A model generated the notes under the pieces. That model made no database searches and was not told the DNA's origin. It saw only the letters and a program-made list of their open reading frames with translations. Source: Candidatus Omnitrophota bacterium (GTDB taxonomy: Bacteria > Omnitrophota > Gorgyraeia > JAGLLT01). From it: a DNA stretch of 64,000 bases. Location of the stretch: the NCBI GenBank assembly GCA_023140385.1, contig JAGLLT010000017.1, positions 1,754-65,753 on the forward strand, read 5' to 3'. Positions 48,852 through 58,002 of this stretch are shown one piece after another. Numbering within the stretch: position 1 is the stretch's first letter; every line of letters begins with the position of its first letter. The translations under genes were made by a program, and so were the position numbers.

Positions 48852-50546
48852 TTACTCCGAAGTTATCCTCAAGACCTCTTCTATTGTCGTCTGCCCCGCG
48901 AGAAACTTTTTAACGGCGTTCTCCCACAGCGTCTTCATACCTTTTGAAACAGCATATTCCTTAATCCTATCGCTTGACTCTTTAGCCAGAATCATATTTT
49001 TAATCTCTTCATCAATCTCCATAACCTCAATCGTCCCCATTCTTCCCATATAACCTGTGTTATTGCACTGCTTACATCCTTGAGCCTGATAGCCGGTAAT
49101 TTCTTCCTTCACGTTAATGCCTAATTTTTTTAGAACTTCCATAGGCACCCTATATTCACGGCGACAAGCGGAACAAACCCTTCTGCAAAGCCTTTGAGCA
49201 ACAACTAAAATAAGACTTGAAGCAATCAAAAAGGGCTCTATGCCCATATCAACCAGCCGCGTTATGGCGCCGGCAGCATCATTTGTATGAAGCGTACTGA
49301 AAATCAATAAGCCTGTAAGTGACGACTTAATGGCAATATCAGCCGTCTCCGAATCTCTAATCTCACCAACCATAATTACGTCTGGACTTTGTCTTAATAT
49401 TGATCTGAGCCCTCCGGCGAAAGTCAAACCTATTTCCGGTTTAACCTGAACCTGAGTTATCCCCTCAAGCTGATACTCTACAGGATCTTCGATAGTCATT
49501 AAACTCACCTTAGGCTTGTTAAGCTGATTTAAGATTGAATAGAGGGTCGTTGATTTACCTGAGCCGGTGGGCCCTGTAACCAAAATCATACCATAGGGCT
49601 TAAGGACAGCTCTCTTAAAGGCTTCAAGAGGCTCTGACAAAAAACCAAGCTTTTCCAGGCCGACACTCAAATTGGACTTATCAAGAGCTCTCATAACAAT
49701 TTTTTCACCATGAGCTATGGGCAGGCAGGAAACCCTAAAGTCGATTTCTTTGTCTTTAAATTTTACCTTAAACCTCCCATCCTGCGGCAGTCTTCTTTCG
49801 GTAATATCCAGATTGGACATTATTTTCAGGCGGGCAATAAGGGCATTCTGATACTTTTTCGGTATTTCAAAGGCCTCCTGAAGCTCCCCGTCAACACGGT
49901 AACGGATACGCAAAATATTTAGATAAGGCTCTAAGTGTATATCACTGGCCCTTTGCTTCAAGCCTTCGTCTATAATACGGCCAACCATCCTGATAACCGG
50001 AACCTTCTCATCAACCTGCATCATCTGAACCTCACCCTTTACATGCTCCAACTCCGATTCCTGTCCAGACCCCGCCTCATTTAGCATATCCATCACTCCG
50101 GCGTTAACACCTCCATAGGCTATCCTAATTGCCTTTTTAACCTCATCCGGAGTGCTGATAATTGGTTTAATTGTCATACTGGTTAAACTTTTAATATCAT
50201 CAAGGGCGAATATATTTAAAGGATCGGCCATAGCAATGGTCAGGGTATTGCCAATTTTTGAAAGAGGTATTACAAGATAATGACTGGCAATCTGTTCGGG
50301 AATAATCTTTAAAACTTCAAAGTCAATCTTATATTTGGAGAGCTTTATAATAGGTAGATTCAGTTGGCTCGCCAGACAGCTCATCAATTGCTCTTCACTG
50401 ACCGCCCCCTGCTTAACAAGAATCTTGCTTAGCAAACCTCCTTCATTCTTCTGAATTTGAATTGCCTTATCCAGAGCGTCCTTTGAAATGAACTGGCTAT
50501 CAAGTAACGTTTTTTTAATTTTTTCTTCAAGGCTAATTTTAGCCAT
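48852..50546 (-). CDS. pilB: MshE/PilB-family assembly ATPase with an N-terminal MshEN (c-di-GMP-binding) domain
   Basis: The two MshEN motifs are LLDSQFISKDALDKAIQIQ and LSKILVKQGAVSEEQLMSCLASQ. Walker A is LVTGPTGSGKSTTLYS and the tetracysteine is CSAC…CKQC. Confidence 0.85.
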   Translation of the reverse strand: MAKISLEEKIKKTLLDSQFISKDALDKAIQIQKNEGGLLSKILVKQGAVSEEQLMSCLASQLNLPIIKLSKYKIDFEVLKIIPEQIASHYLVIPLSKIGNTLTIAMADPLNIFALDDIKSLTSMTIKPIISTPDEVKKAIRIAYGGVNAGVMDMLNEAGSGQESELEHVKGEVQMMQVDEKVPVIRMVGRIIDEGLKQRASDIHLEPYLNILRIRYRVDGELQEAFEIPKKYQNALIARLKIMSNLDITERRLPQDGRFKVKFKDKEIDFRVSCLPIAHGEKIVMRALDKSNLSVGLEKLGFLSEPLEAFKRAVLKPYGMILVTGPTGSGKSTTLYSILNQLNKPKVSLMTIEDPVEYQLEGITQVQVKPEIGLTFAGGLRSILRQSPDVIMVGEIRDSETADIAIKSSLTGLLIFSTLHTNDAAGAITRLVDMGIEPFLIASSLILVVAQRLCRRVCSACRREYRVPMEVLKKLGINVKEEITGYQAQGCKQCNNTGYMGRMGTIEVMEIDEEIKNMILAKESSDRIKEYAVSKGMKTLWENAVKKFLAGQTTIEEVLRITSE

Positions 50547-50576
50547 CTTATTTCTCTCTATGAAAAAAGTAAAAAG

Positions 50577-52298
50577 CTAAACTACTGTAACCCTTAATAT
50601 TTCCTCTAAGGCGGTAATTCCCTTGGCGGCTTTTATTAAGCCGTTTTCTCTAATGGTATTCATGCCCTCAGAGCCCGCCTGCTTTAATAAGCTGGCTTCT
50701 GATTCCCTCTTAATAATTATATCTTTGATCGCGCTTGACAAAAGAATGGCCTCGCTAATTACCACTCTTCCCTTGTAGCCCGTATTCTGACAGCTGGGAC
50801 AACCTTTTCCTTTATAAAAACTTTTTATCTCGGCGTTAATTTTCTTTTCAATTTTATCCAACCCAAGATTCTTCCTCAAATTATTATTTATTTCATAGGC
50901 CTCTTTGCAATTAGAACAAACTCTTCTAACTAATCTTTGAGCTATAAAAAGAAGACAGGATGAGGTAATTAAAAAAGGTTCTACGCCCATATCGACCATT
51001 CTGATTACAGAACCCGCGGCCGAGGTTGTGTGCAGGGTACTCAAAACAAGGTGTCCGGTTAAAGCGGCTTTGATAGCCACGTCAACGGTCTCAAAGTCCC
51101 TGATCTCGCCTACCATAATTATATCCGGATCCTGCCTTAATATTGACCTTAAGGCGGAAGCGAAGGTCAAGCCGGCCTTCGGCAGGCATGTTACTTGATT
51201 TACCCCCTCTAATTCATATTCAACCGGATCTTCTACAGTAACTATATTTTTGGCCGGGGAATTAACAAGCTGTAAAACTGAGTAAAGTGAGGTGGTTTTG
51301 CCGCAGCCGGTAGGCCCGCAGACCAAGATCATGCCGTGGGGGCGCCTGGCACTTTCCTTTAATCTTTCTAATACCTGCTCCTCAAAGCCAAGTTTATTAA
51401 TATCTAAAGTTGACGACGACTTATCCAAAACTCTCAGGGCAATCTTTTCTCCAAAGCTTGAAGGTAAAACAGACACCCGATAATCAACCTCTCTTTTCAG
51501 CACCCGGACTTTAAACCTTCCGTCTTGGGGAAGACGATGCTCGGCTATATTGAGATTTGACATTACCTTTATGCGAGAAATAATAGCGCTATGAAGAGCC
51601 TTGGGGACCGTCGGACTTTCCTGCAGGATTCCGTCCACTCTATACCTTACCGTTGTTTTCTTTTCCTGCGGCTCAATTAAAACATCGCTTGCCGCGCGCC
51701 TAACAGCTTCGGTAAGTATCAGGTTGGTTAATCTAATAACCGGCTTCTCGCCCATCATCTTCAGCAAGGTATCAGCATCCTGAACCTTGCCGTCTGAGCT
51801 CGCCTTAACGTCCTTCAAAAGGCTTTCATCGCCCTCCCTCAGGAGACTTTCAAGCTTCCCGCCCTGGCCGTAATACCTATCAAGGGCACTAAGGATTTCC
51901 TCTTCACTACTTATAATGGGATGAATAACAAATCTGGTTAAAGCCTTTAAATCATCAATGGCAAAAATATTTAAAGGATCGGACATAGCAATAGTTAAAG
52001 TATTGCTTATTTTTGAAACTGCTATTAAGACATACCGCCTGGCCAGCTCTTCCGGAATTAATTTAACAATCTCCTTGTCTATCCTGAGCTTGTCGAGAGA
52101 AATGAGTGGAATGCCCGAACTCTCACTTAAAGCCGCCATCAGGTCATCGTTTTTAACAAACTTTAAGGAAATCAATATATCTCTCAACTTCCCCTGTTTT
52201 TGTTTTTGTATCTTGAGTGCTTCCTCAAGCTGCTGGCGGGTAAGCAGTTTATTCTCTAATAAAATCTTAATAACTTCTTCTTTTAAGTTTTTCGCCAT
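50577..52298 (-). CDS. Second MshE/PilB-family ATPase with an N-terminal MshEN domain
   Basis: The two MshEN motifs are LLENKLLTRQQLEEALKIQ and LRDILISLKFVKNDDLMAALSES. Walker A is LVCGPTGCGKTTSLYS and the tetracysteine is CSNC…CPSC. Confidence 0.85.
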   Translation of the reverse strand: MAKNLKEEVIKILLENKLLTRQQLEEALKIQKQKQGKLRDILISLKFVKNDDLMAALSESSGIPLISLDKLRIDKEIVKLIPEELARRYVLIAVSKISNTLTIAMSDPLNIFAIDDLKALTRFVIHPIISSEEEILSALDRYYGQGGKLESLLREGDESLLKDVKASSDGKVQDADTLLKMMGEKPVIRLTNLILTEAVRRAASDVLIEPQEKKTTVRYRVDGILQESPTVPKALHSAIISRIKVMSNLNIAEHRLPQDGRFKVRVLKREVDYRVSVLPSSFGEKIALRVLDKSSSTLDINKLGFEEQVLERLKESARRPHGMILVCGPTGCGKTTSLYSVLQLVNSPAKNIVTVEDPVEYELEGVNQVTCLPKAGLTFASALRSILRQDPDIIMVGEIRDFETVDVAIKAALTGHLVLSTLHTTSAAGSVIRMVDMGVEPFLITSSCLLFIAQRLVRRVCSNCKEAYEINNNLRKNLGLDKIEKKINAEIKSFYKGKGCPSCQNTGYKGRVVISEAILLSSAIKDIIIKRESEASLLKQAGSEGMNTIRENGLIKAAKGITALEEILRVTVV

Positions 52299-52307
52299 CT
52301 ATAGATT

Positions 52308-52832
52308 TTACTCCTCGGGGGCGGTGCCGCCCTGACTGTTTTCTTCATCCACTTGTCGCGGAGCATTGCTAAAGTTAAGTTTAGCAATGTCCTCTTCCCG
52401 CGAAACGATACTTCCGTACAAGCGGTTTATAGCGTCCTTTATATCACTTGCCGTACTGACAAAGGCCGTAACCTTACAGTTCGTTATATACTCAAGGTCT
52501 TTTATGGCAAAATCATTTAGCGGATCTGACATAACTACAGTCAAAACATTCCCAATTTTGTCAATGGGAATAAGAAAATATTGCCTGGCAACGTTCTCCG
52601 GCACAAGCTTTATTGCCTCAATATTAATGTCATAATTACTCAAAGGCAGATAAGGAAAACCGTACTGATCAGCCAGGGACATAACCAAATTCTCTTCACT
52701 AATAAAATTCAGCTCAATTAAAATCTGCCCTAAAAGGCCGCCCTTTTCTTTTTGAGACTTCAGGGCTTCATCTAACTGAACCTGCGTAATTATCTTTTTC
52801 TCAATGAGAAGCTGTCCCAGCTGTTTTTTCAT
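52308..52832 (-). CDS. Stand-alone MshEN (T2SSE_N) domain protein, putative c-di-GMP receptor
   Basis: 174 aa. The two motifs are LGQLLIEKKIITQVQLDEALKSQ and LGQILIELNFISEENLVMSLADQ. There is no ATPase domain. Confidence 0.7.
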   Translation of the reverse strand: MKKQLGQLLIEKKIITQVQLDEALKSQKEKGGLLGQILIELNFISEENLVMSLADQYGFPYLPLSNYDINIEAIKLVPENVARQYFLIPIDKIGNVLTVVMSDPLNDFAIKDLEYITNCKVTAFVSTASDIKDAINRLYGSIVSREEDIAKLNFSNAPRQVDEENSQGGTAPEE

Positions 52833-52853
52833 CTCTGCGTCCTTTTCAAATGG

Positions 52854-55800
52854 TTATTCTTTTAACTTTCTCTTGACGCTTTCTATCGCTTTACTAACCT
52901 TTCTTCTTACTTCATCATTACTGTATTGAGAATAAAGTTTCAGGGTTTCAAGGCAGCCCCTGTCTCCTATAAGCCCCATAACCTCTATAATATTCATAAT
53001 AACTTCTACATCTCTGGTGGCCGATAATTCACGCCTTAACTCTTCAAGGGACTTACTTCCGAATTTTGCGAGAATTTCAGCTATGTATCGCCTGTTTAAA
53101 TAAGCATCATAGGGATCAATCCTTTTGTTAGGTTTAGATAAAAGATTGACAAAATAATCTACCGTCCCTTCGCCCGCTTCATCAATCAGCGAAGCAATGG
53201 CTTCAGCGTCTGTTCTTCTTACCTTTACCTTAAACACTCCGGCAAGAGCCTTTACGTTTTCCTTTTTAGCAATCTGAGCCAAAACTTTGCTTAAAACATT
53301 CTTCCGCTCTTCGCCGATTTTCTCACCGGGCGCAGTAATTTCCTTAATAAACCGGGTTATGGAAACAGCCAAATCAAATTCCTTCTTATTAATAAAGATG
53401 CCGATAAGCCTGTCTAAAACGAGACTTTCCGAGGTAAAAACTGAAAGATCCTTTTCACCGCCTATCACATCCACAAGACACCTGCTTATAAAACGCAGGC
53501 AATCTATAGCATCATTGGAGCTTAAAATATCTACTATGCTCTGAAGATTAGCCGCTACATATAGACGAACCTGACAATTTTCAGACTCAAAATTTTTAAA
53601 TATTTTACTCAGGGCTTCATTAACTACCTCTTCTTTGTTGTCCAAAAGCAGTTCATAGAAGACCTCCTTCACGCTTTCTAAAAGTTCCTGATCCAAGAAG
53701 GACTCCGCGGACAAAGACTTTATTTTAATAAGCTTATCAGAATAAGAGAGGTTGCGCCATAAATCAGGTTTTAAAAAACTAAGAAACTGCTCATTGGAAA
53801 TGCCGCAAGCGGAAAAACTCTGACTCATTGATTCAAGAATACCAACCCTTCTTTTCTTATCCGGCAAGAACCTTTTTATGTAATCTTTTATGTCGGTAAA
53901 ATTAACTTTACCCTGCTTATATCTCTCACATTCCTGCGCGAAAAAAGTTTCTATTTTGCTATCAGGAAGTTCGCTAAAGGCTTTAGCCATTTCATCGGAG
54001 GTAATTCCCACATTTTTAAGATTTTTCTGTTTTAAAATCTGAGAGCGCAGCTCAGGCTGTAGATTAAGTACAAACTGTAGAAGGTTTTCCTTATACCGCT
54101 TTTGTTTTTCAGAATTTTCCTTTAAAACCTCACTTTTCATCTTTTTTAAACTTTGCTTTACGATATCAGCTTTTTCGTTTATGTTCATGTTCTGAAAATC
54201 AAAATCACTCTCAGCGGCACCAGGGCCTTCCGGGCCTTTAGAAAAAATCCCGGCTAAATAATCCGGGTTCCGGCCTAAAACATCAAGCATAGAACTTCTT
54301 GAATCAGTTGAAGCTTCCGGTCTACTAAGCATATAATTTATTAGCATTACTTCATTAATCTTGCTTCTTTTTTCCTGCGGCCGGCCAAGCTTCTTTCTTA
54401 ATATCTTCTCGTAATGAACCATGATAAGCTTAATGCCCGCTACGTTATTTTGCTTAAGTATAGCCTGCAGGCCGCCCAAATCATCTATCTCTGACGTTTT
54501 TTTTGAAAGAGCCGTGAGAAAAACGTCAAGCTCTCCTTCTTTCACGTCTTTCTCAAAGAAAAAAGACTGTATTCTATACTTTTTTAATAAAGAAGCGAGG
54601 CTGCCGATTACTGCGCTTCTAACATCCTTAGCCCTCAGCTCTCCCCCATTTACTAGAAGATAACCCTCAACATCAGAAAAAGAAATCACCTCATATCCCT
54701 TAAAAAGCTCTCCTAAATAATTATATAACTCCCTCACCGAATCAACCCTGACCTTGCTCCCCTTGGGATATAATCCATAATTTACAATCCCGGCCCTTAA
54801 AGAAACAATAACCTTAATGATAAGCCTATAGTCATCTTTTTTAAGCGGCTCTACAGCAAGAGGCAACTCCTCCTCCTCTTCTTCTTTTAGGCCGGCCAAC
54901 TCTCTTGATAAGACTTCCTGCAAATACTGGTTAGCTTCATCCGAATTAAAACTTCTTAAGGCTTCATCTTGGGCAATCTTTTCATAATCGGATGCCTTTT
55001 TCGCGTCTTTGGCCTTTTTAAAATGATAGGCAAGAAGGTTAGCCGCGGCCTGCGGATTGCTACTGCTTGACGCCTCCGCGATCTGAGCGAATTTTTCATG
55101 AAGTTTATTGCGCTCATTTTCCTGAACTTCGTCATAAAGCAGCTCCCAGAGCAGTTTATTTCTAAAACTAAATATCTCCTGCCCCCCTGTTTCGCGGGAA
55201 TCAATAAACATCTTCTGCCTGGACCGCTCTATCATCTCGCCGATGTAGCCGGGACTTTTACCAGTCATCTTTTCCAGAGCTTCAAGGCTGAACTCTTGCC
55301 CCAAAACAGCCGCGTTAGACAAAAAATACTTGGTCTCTTCATCCATATGCTTAAGCTTATCCTGTATAATTTCCTTGATACCTAAAGATATATCATCGTC
55401 TTTGATTTCCTTTTTACGCCATTTTTCGTCTTTAAAGTAAATTGAACCGTTTTCGATAAGTTTTCTCAAGGACTCTTCTATAAAATACGGATTACCTTCT
55501 GTTCTTGAGTAAAATAACTGATTTAACTTGTCATCAAATTCCAAGTCGCCAAAAATAGAGTTAATCATCTTTTTGGTTTCCTCGGAGCTAAGCGGCTTAA
55601 GTTCTACGCAAAGACTTTTTTGATTTCGCTGTAACTGTTCATATAACTGCCGTAGTATTATATTCTCATCAAACCTTCTTATTAATTCCGAGTAGCGAAA
55701 AGCGCATACAATACAGATTTTTTCATTTACCTCATTGCTTAACAAATAATTAATAAGAGAAATCGTGGCCAAGTCGACCCACTGAAAATTGTCAAAAGTT

Positions 55801-56864
55801 ATAAATAAAGGCTTTTGCTGAGATAACTTTATCATCAGTTCCGCCAACGCCTTAAAAAGATGGGATCTGAAGTTTTTTTCGTCAAGTTTTACCTTTTCAA
55901 TCCGGCGGCTTGAAAACTTTTGAAGGGCCGGCTCCAACTCAATCAGGCAAGAAAGCTCTATCTCAGACAAGCTGTCAATTATCCGCTTGGCTCCATCCCC
56001 AAGCGACTTCATAACCCCCTCAAGGTTGGCCGATAAGACCTGATATGGTTGGGAAGATATGACTTCAGTGCAGCGGGCCGCTAATGAAAGACTTTCTTTT
56101 GACAGAGCATAACTCGCGGCTTCTAATTGAAGCTTGCTTTTTCCCAAGCCTGCTTCAGCCTGTATAAGAACCGTCCTGGCTGTATTATTCCCAAAACTAT
56201 CGTCTATTACCTCTTTAATTCTCTTTAAGTTCTTTTCTTTTCCGATAATCTCAAAAGACAAAAGTTCAAATACTTTATCTTTATTCAATATATCTTCGGG
56301 TACTTGCGTAAATATGGAAACTCTGTTTCTACCGGTTCTTTTAGATAAATATAAGGCTTCATCCGCGCGATAAATAAGTTTTTCGGCGACTTGCGCGTCA
56401 CGCGGATACAAGGCAAGGCCCAGACTTAAGGTTAAGTTTATATCGCGCTGGCCGCCTTCTCCCGCAAAAACATACTGTGAAATCCTGCCTATCAGCCTCC
56501 CGGAGATCTTTAACGCGTCGCCTTCAGCCGTCATAGGCAGTATCACAATAAATTCATCACCGGCATATCTTATTATCTCATCATACTCACGAAAACTCTC
56601 CCTCAGTAAATCAGCCACCTCCATCAACACCTTATCTCCTCTCAGATGCCCATAGGTATCATTAATCTCTTTAAACTTATCTATATCTATCATAAATAGC
56701 GATAAAGGGTACTGTTCTCTGTCGGCCTTTTCTATATTTTCTCCAAGGCATTTATTTAGATAACGCCTGTTATGAAGATTAGTCAGATCATCCCGATAGA
56801 TTAGTTCCTGTACTGCCTCTTTGTCCTCTATATAAAGTTGTTTTTTCCTTCGATCTCTCTGCAT
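52854..56864 (-). CDS. 1336-aa multidomain protein: N-terminal GGDEF (AGDEF variant), AAA+/STAND-like NTPase, a long middle region and C-terminal HEAT repeats
   Basis: The GGDEF domain has DLTNLHNRRYL…RYAGDEF. Walker A is TVLIQAEAGLGKSKL, with a Walker B-like FITFDNFQWVD. The C-terminus has HEAT/PBS-lyase-like repeats (…NDEVRRKVSKAIESV). Confidence 0.7.
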   Translation of the reverse strand: MQRDRRKKQLYIEDKEAVQELIYRDDLTNLHNRRYLNKCLGENIEKADREQYPLSLFMIDIDKFKEINDTYGHLRGDKVLMEVADLLRESFREYDEIIRYAGDEFIVILPMTAEGDALKISGRLIGRISQYVFAGEGGQRDINLTLSLGLALYPRDAQVAEKLIYRADEALYLSKRTGRNRVSIFTQVPEDILNKDKVFELLSFEIIGKEKNLKRIKEVIDDSFGNNTARTVLIQAEAGLGKSKLQLEAASYALSKESLSLAARCTEVISSQPYQVLSANLEGVMKSLGDGAKRIIDSLSEIELSCLIELEPALQKFSSRRIEKVKLDEKNFRSHLFKALAELMIKLSQQKPLFITFDNFQWVDLATISLINYLLSNEVNEKICIVCAFRYSELIRRFDENIILRQLYEQLQRNQKSLCVELKPLSSEETKKMINSIFGDLEFDDKLNQLFYSRTEGNPYFIEESLRKLIENGSIYFKDEKWRKKEIKDDDISLGIKEIIQDKLKHMDEETKYFLSNAAVLGQEFSLEALEKMTGKSPGYIGEMIERSRQKMFIDSRETGGQEIFSFRNKLLWELLYDEVQENERNKLHEKFAQIAEASSSSNPQAAANLLAYHFKKAKDAKKASDYEKIAQDEALRSFNSDEANQYLQEVLSRELAGLKEEEEEELPLAVEPLKKDDYRLIIKVIVSLRAGIVNYGLYPKGSKVRVDSVRELYNYLGELFKGYEVISFSDVEGYLLVNGGELRAKDVRSAVIGSLASLLKKYRIQSFFFEKDVKEGELDVFLTALSKKTSEIDDLGGLQAILKQNNVAGIKLIMVHYEKILRKKLGRPQEKRSKINEVMLINYMLSRPEASTDSRSSMLDVLGRNPDYLAGIFSKGPEGPGAAESDFDFQNMNINEKADIVKQSLKKMKSEVLKENSEKQKRYKENLLQFVLNLQPELRSQILKQKNLKNVGITSDEMAKAFSELPDSKIETFFAQECERYKQGKVNFTDIKDYIKRFLPDKKRRVGILESMSQSFSACGISNEQFLSFLKPDLWRNLSYSDKLIKIKSLSAESFLDQELLESVKEVFYELLLDNKEEVVNEALSKIFKNFESENCQVRLYVAANLQSIVDILSSNDAIDCLRFISRCLVDVIGGEKDLSVFTSESLVLDRLIGIFINKKEFDLAVSITRFIKEITAPGEKIGEERKNVLSKVLAQIAKKENVKALAGVFKVKVRRTDAEAIASLIDEAGEGTVDYFVNLLSKPNKRIDPYDAYLNRRYIAEILAKFGSKSLEELRRELSATRDVEVIMNIIEVMGLIGDRGCLETLKLYSQYSNDEVRRKVSKAIESVKRKLKE

Positions 56865-56879
56865 AACGCTTAGACACCT

Positions 56880-57953
56880 CTAAAGATCCTTTAACATCCT
56901 CTTTAAATCTTCTACTTCGTTTGTTCTTGATAAGGCAGATTCATAATCAATTCTTCCCAACTGACAAAGCTCTTTTAGGCTGTGATTCATCGCTTTCATC
57001 CCATCCTTCTGTGAAGTCTGTATTACGGAATATATCTGATGAATCTTTTGTTCCCTTATTAAACTCCTGACGGCAGGAGTTAAAACCAACAGTTCAAACG
57101 CCAAAACTCTACCGGAACCGCTGGCCCTAGGTATCAACTGCTGTGATATAACGGCGTTTAACACAAAAGAAAGCTGTACCCTTACCTGTTCCTGCTGGTG
57201 CTGAGGAAAAACGTCAATTATCCTGTTAATCGTTTGAGCGGAGTCCGAAGTATGAAGTGTTGCCAAAACCAGATGCCCTGTCTCGGCGGCGTTTAGAGCC
57301 AACTCTATGCTCACTAAATCTCTCATCTCACCGATTAATATAACATCTGGATCCTGACGGAGGACATGCTTGAGAGCCTGAGAAAAAGAATGGGTGTCGC
57401 GGCCTACTTCACGCTGATCAATAACCGCTTTTTTATTCGAGTATAAATACTCTATCGGATCCTCTATAGTTACAATATGAACCGGGCGATCATTATTAAT
57501 AAACTCTACCATGGCGGCTAAGGTGGTTGATTTTCCGCTTCCCGTCGCGCCGGTTATTAGCACCAGCCCTTTATTCTTCACGCACAATTCAGTCATAGTG
57601 TTGACCGGCAGGCCGCACCCCTCAAAAGACATAATTTTGGCCGGCAAGGCCCTGATAGCAACCCCGATTTTTCCTTTTTGATAAAACACATTGGCTCTAA
57701 AACGCGCTATCTTTTCTATGCCAAAGGACATGTCCAGCTCGAGATCCCTTTCAAGAGCCTTTTTTTGATCTTCGCTAAGAATACCGCTTAGCAGATTTTG
57801 TATCTCCTCACTGCTGAGACTCTCGTAATCACAGGGAATTAGCTTCTCGTCAACTCTAAAATGCGGAACAGAGTCAGATGATAAATGCAGGTCAGACGCC
57901 TTTTTCTCTACCATCAACAATAAAGCTTCCTTAAGAACAGTTAACCTGGTCAA
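56880..57953 (-). CDS. pilT: Type IV pilus retraction ATPase PilT
   Basis: ASDLHL N-terminus. Walker A is LITGATGSGKSTTLAAM, with AIRHVLRQDPDVILIGEMRD. The TTG start at 57953 has an AAGGAGGTG SD; the alternative ATG is at 57914. Confidence 0.85.
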   Translation of the reverse strand: MTRLTVLKEALLLMVEKKASDLHLSSDSVPHFRVDEKLIPCDYESLSSEEIQNLLSGILSEDQKKALERDLELDMSFGIEKIARFRANVFYQKGKIGVAIRALPAKIMSFEGCGLPVNTMTELCVKNKGLVLITGATGSGKSTTLAAMVEFINNDRPVHIVTIEDPIEYLYSNKKAVIDQREVGRDTHSFSQALKHVLRQDPDVILIGEMRDLVSIELALNAAETGHLVLATLHTSDSAQTINRIIDVFPQHQQEQVRVQLSFVLNAVISQQLIPRASGSGRVLAFELLVLTPAVRSLIREQKIHQIYSVIQTSQKDGMKAMNHSLKELCQLGRIDYESALSRTNEVEDLKRMLKDL

Positions 57954-58002
57954 AACACACCTCCTTATGGAAATTTAGCGTTAGGATAATAATAAATTAT
58001 TA

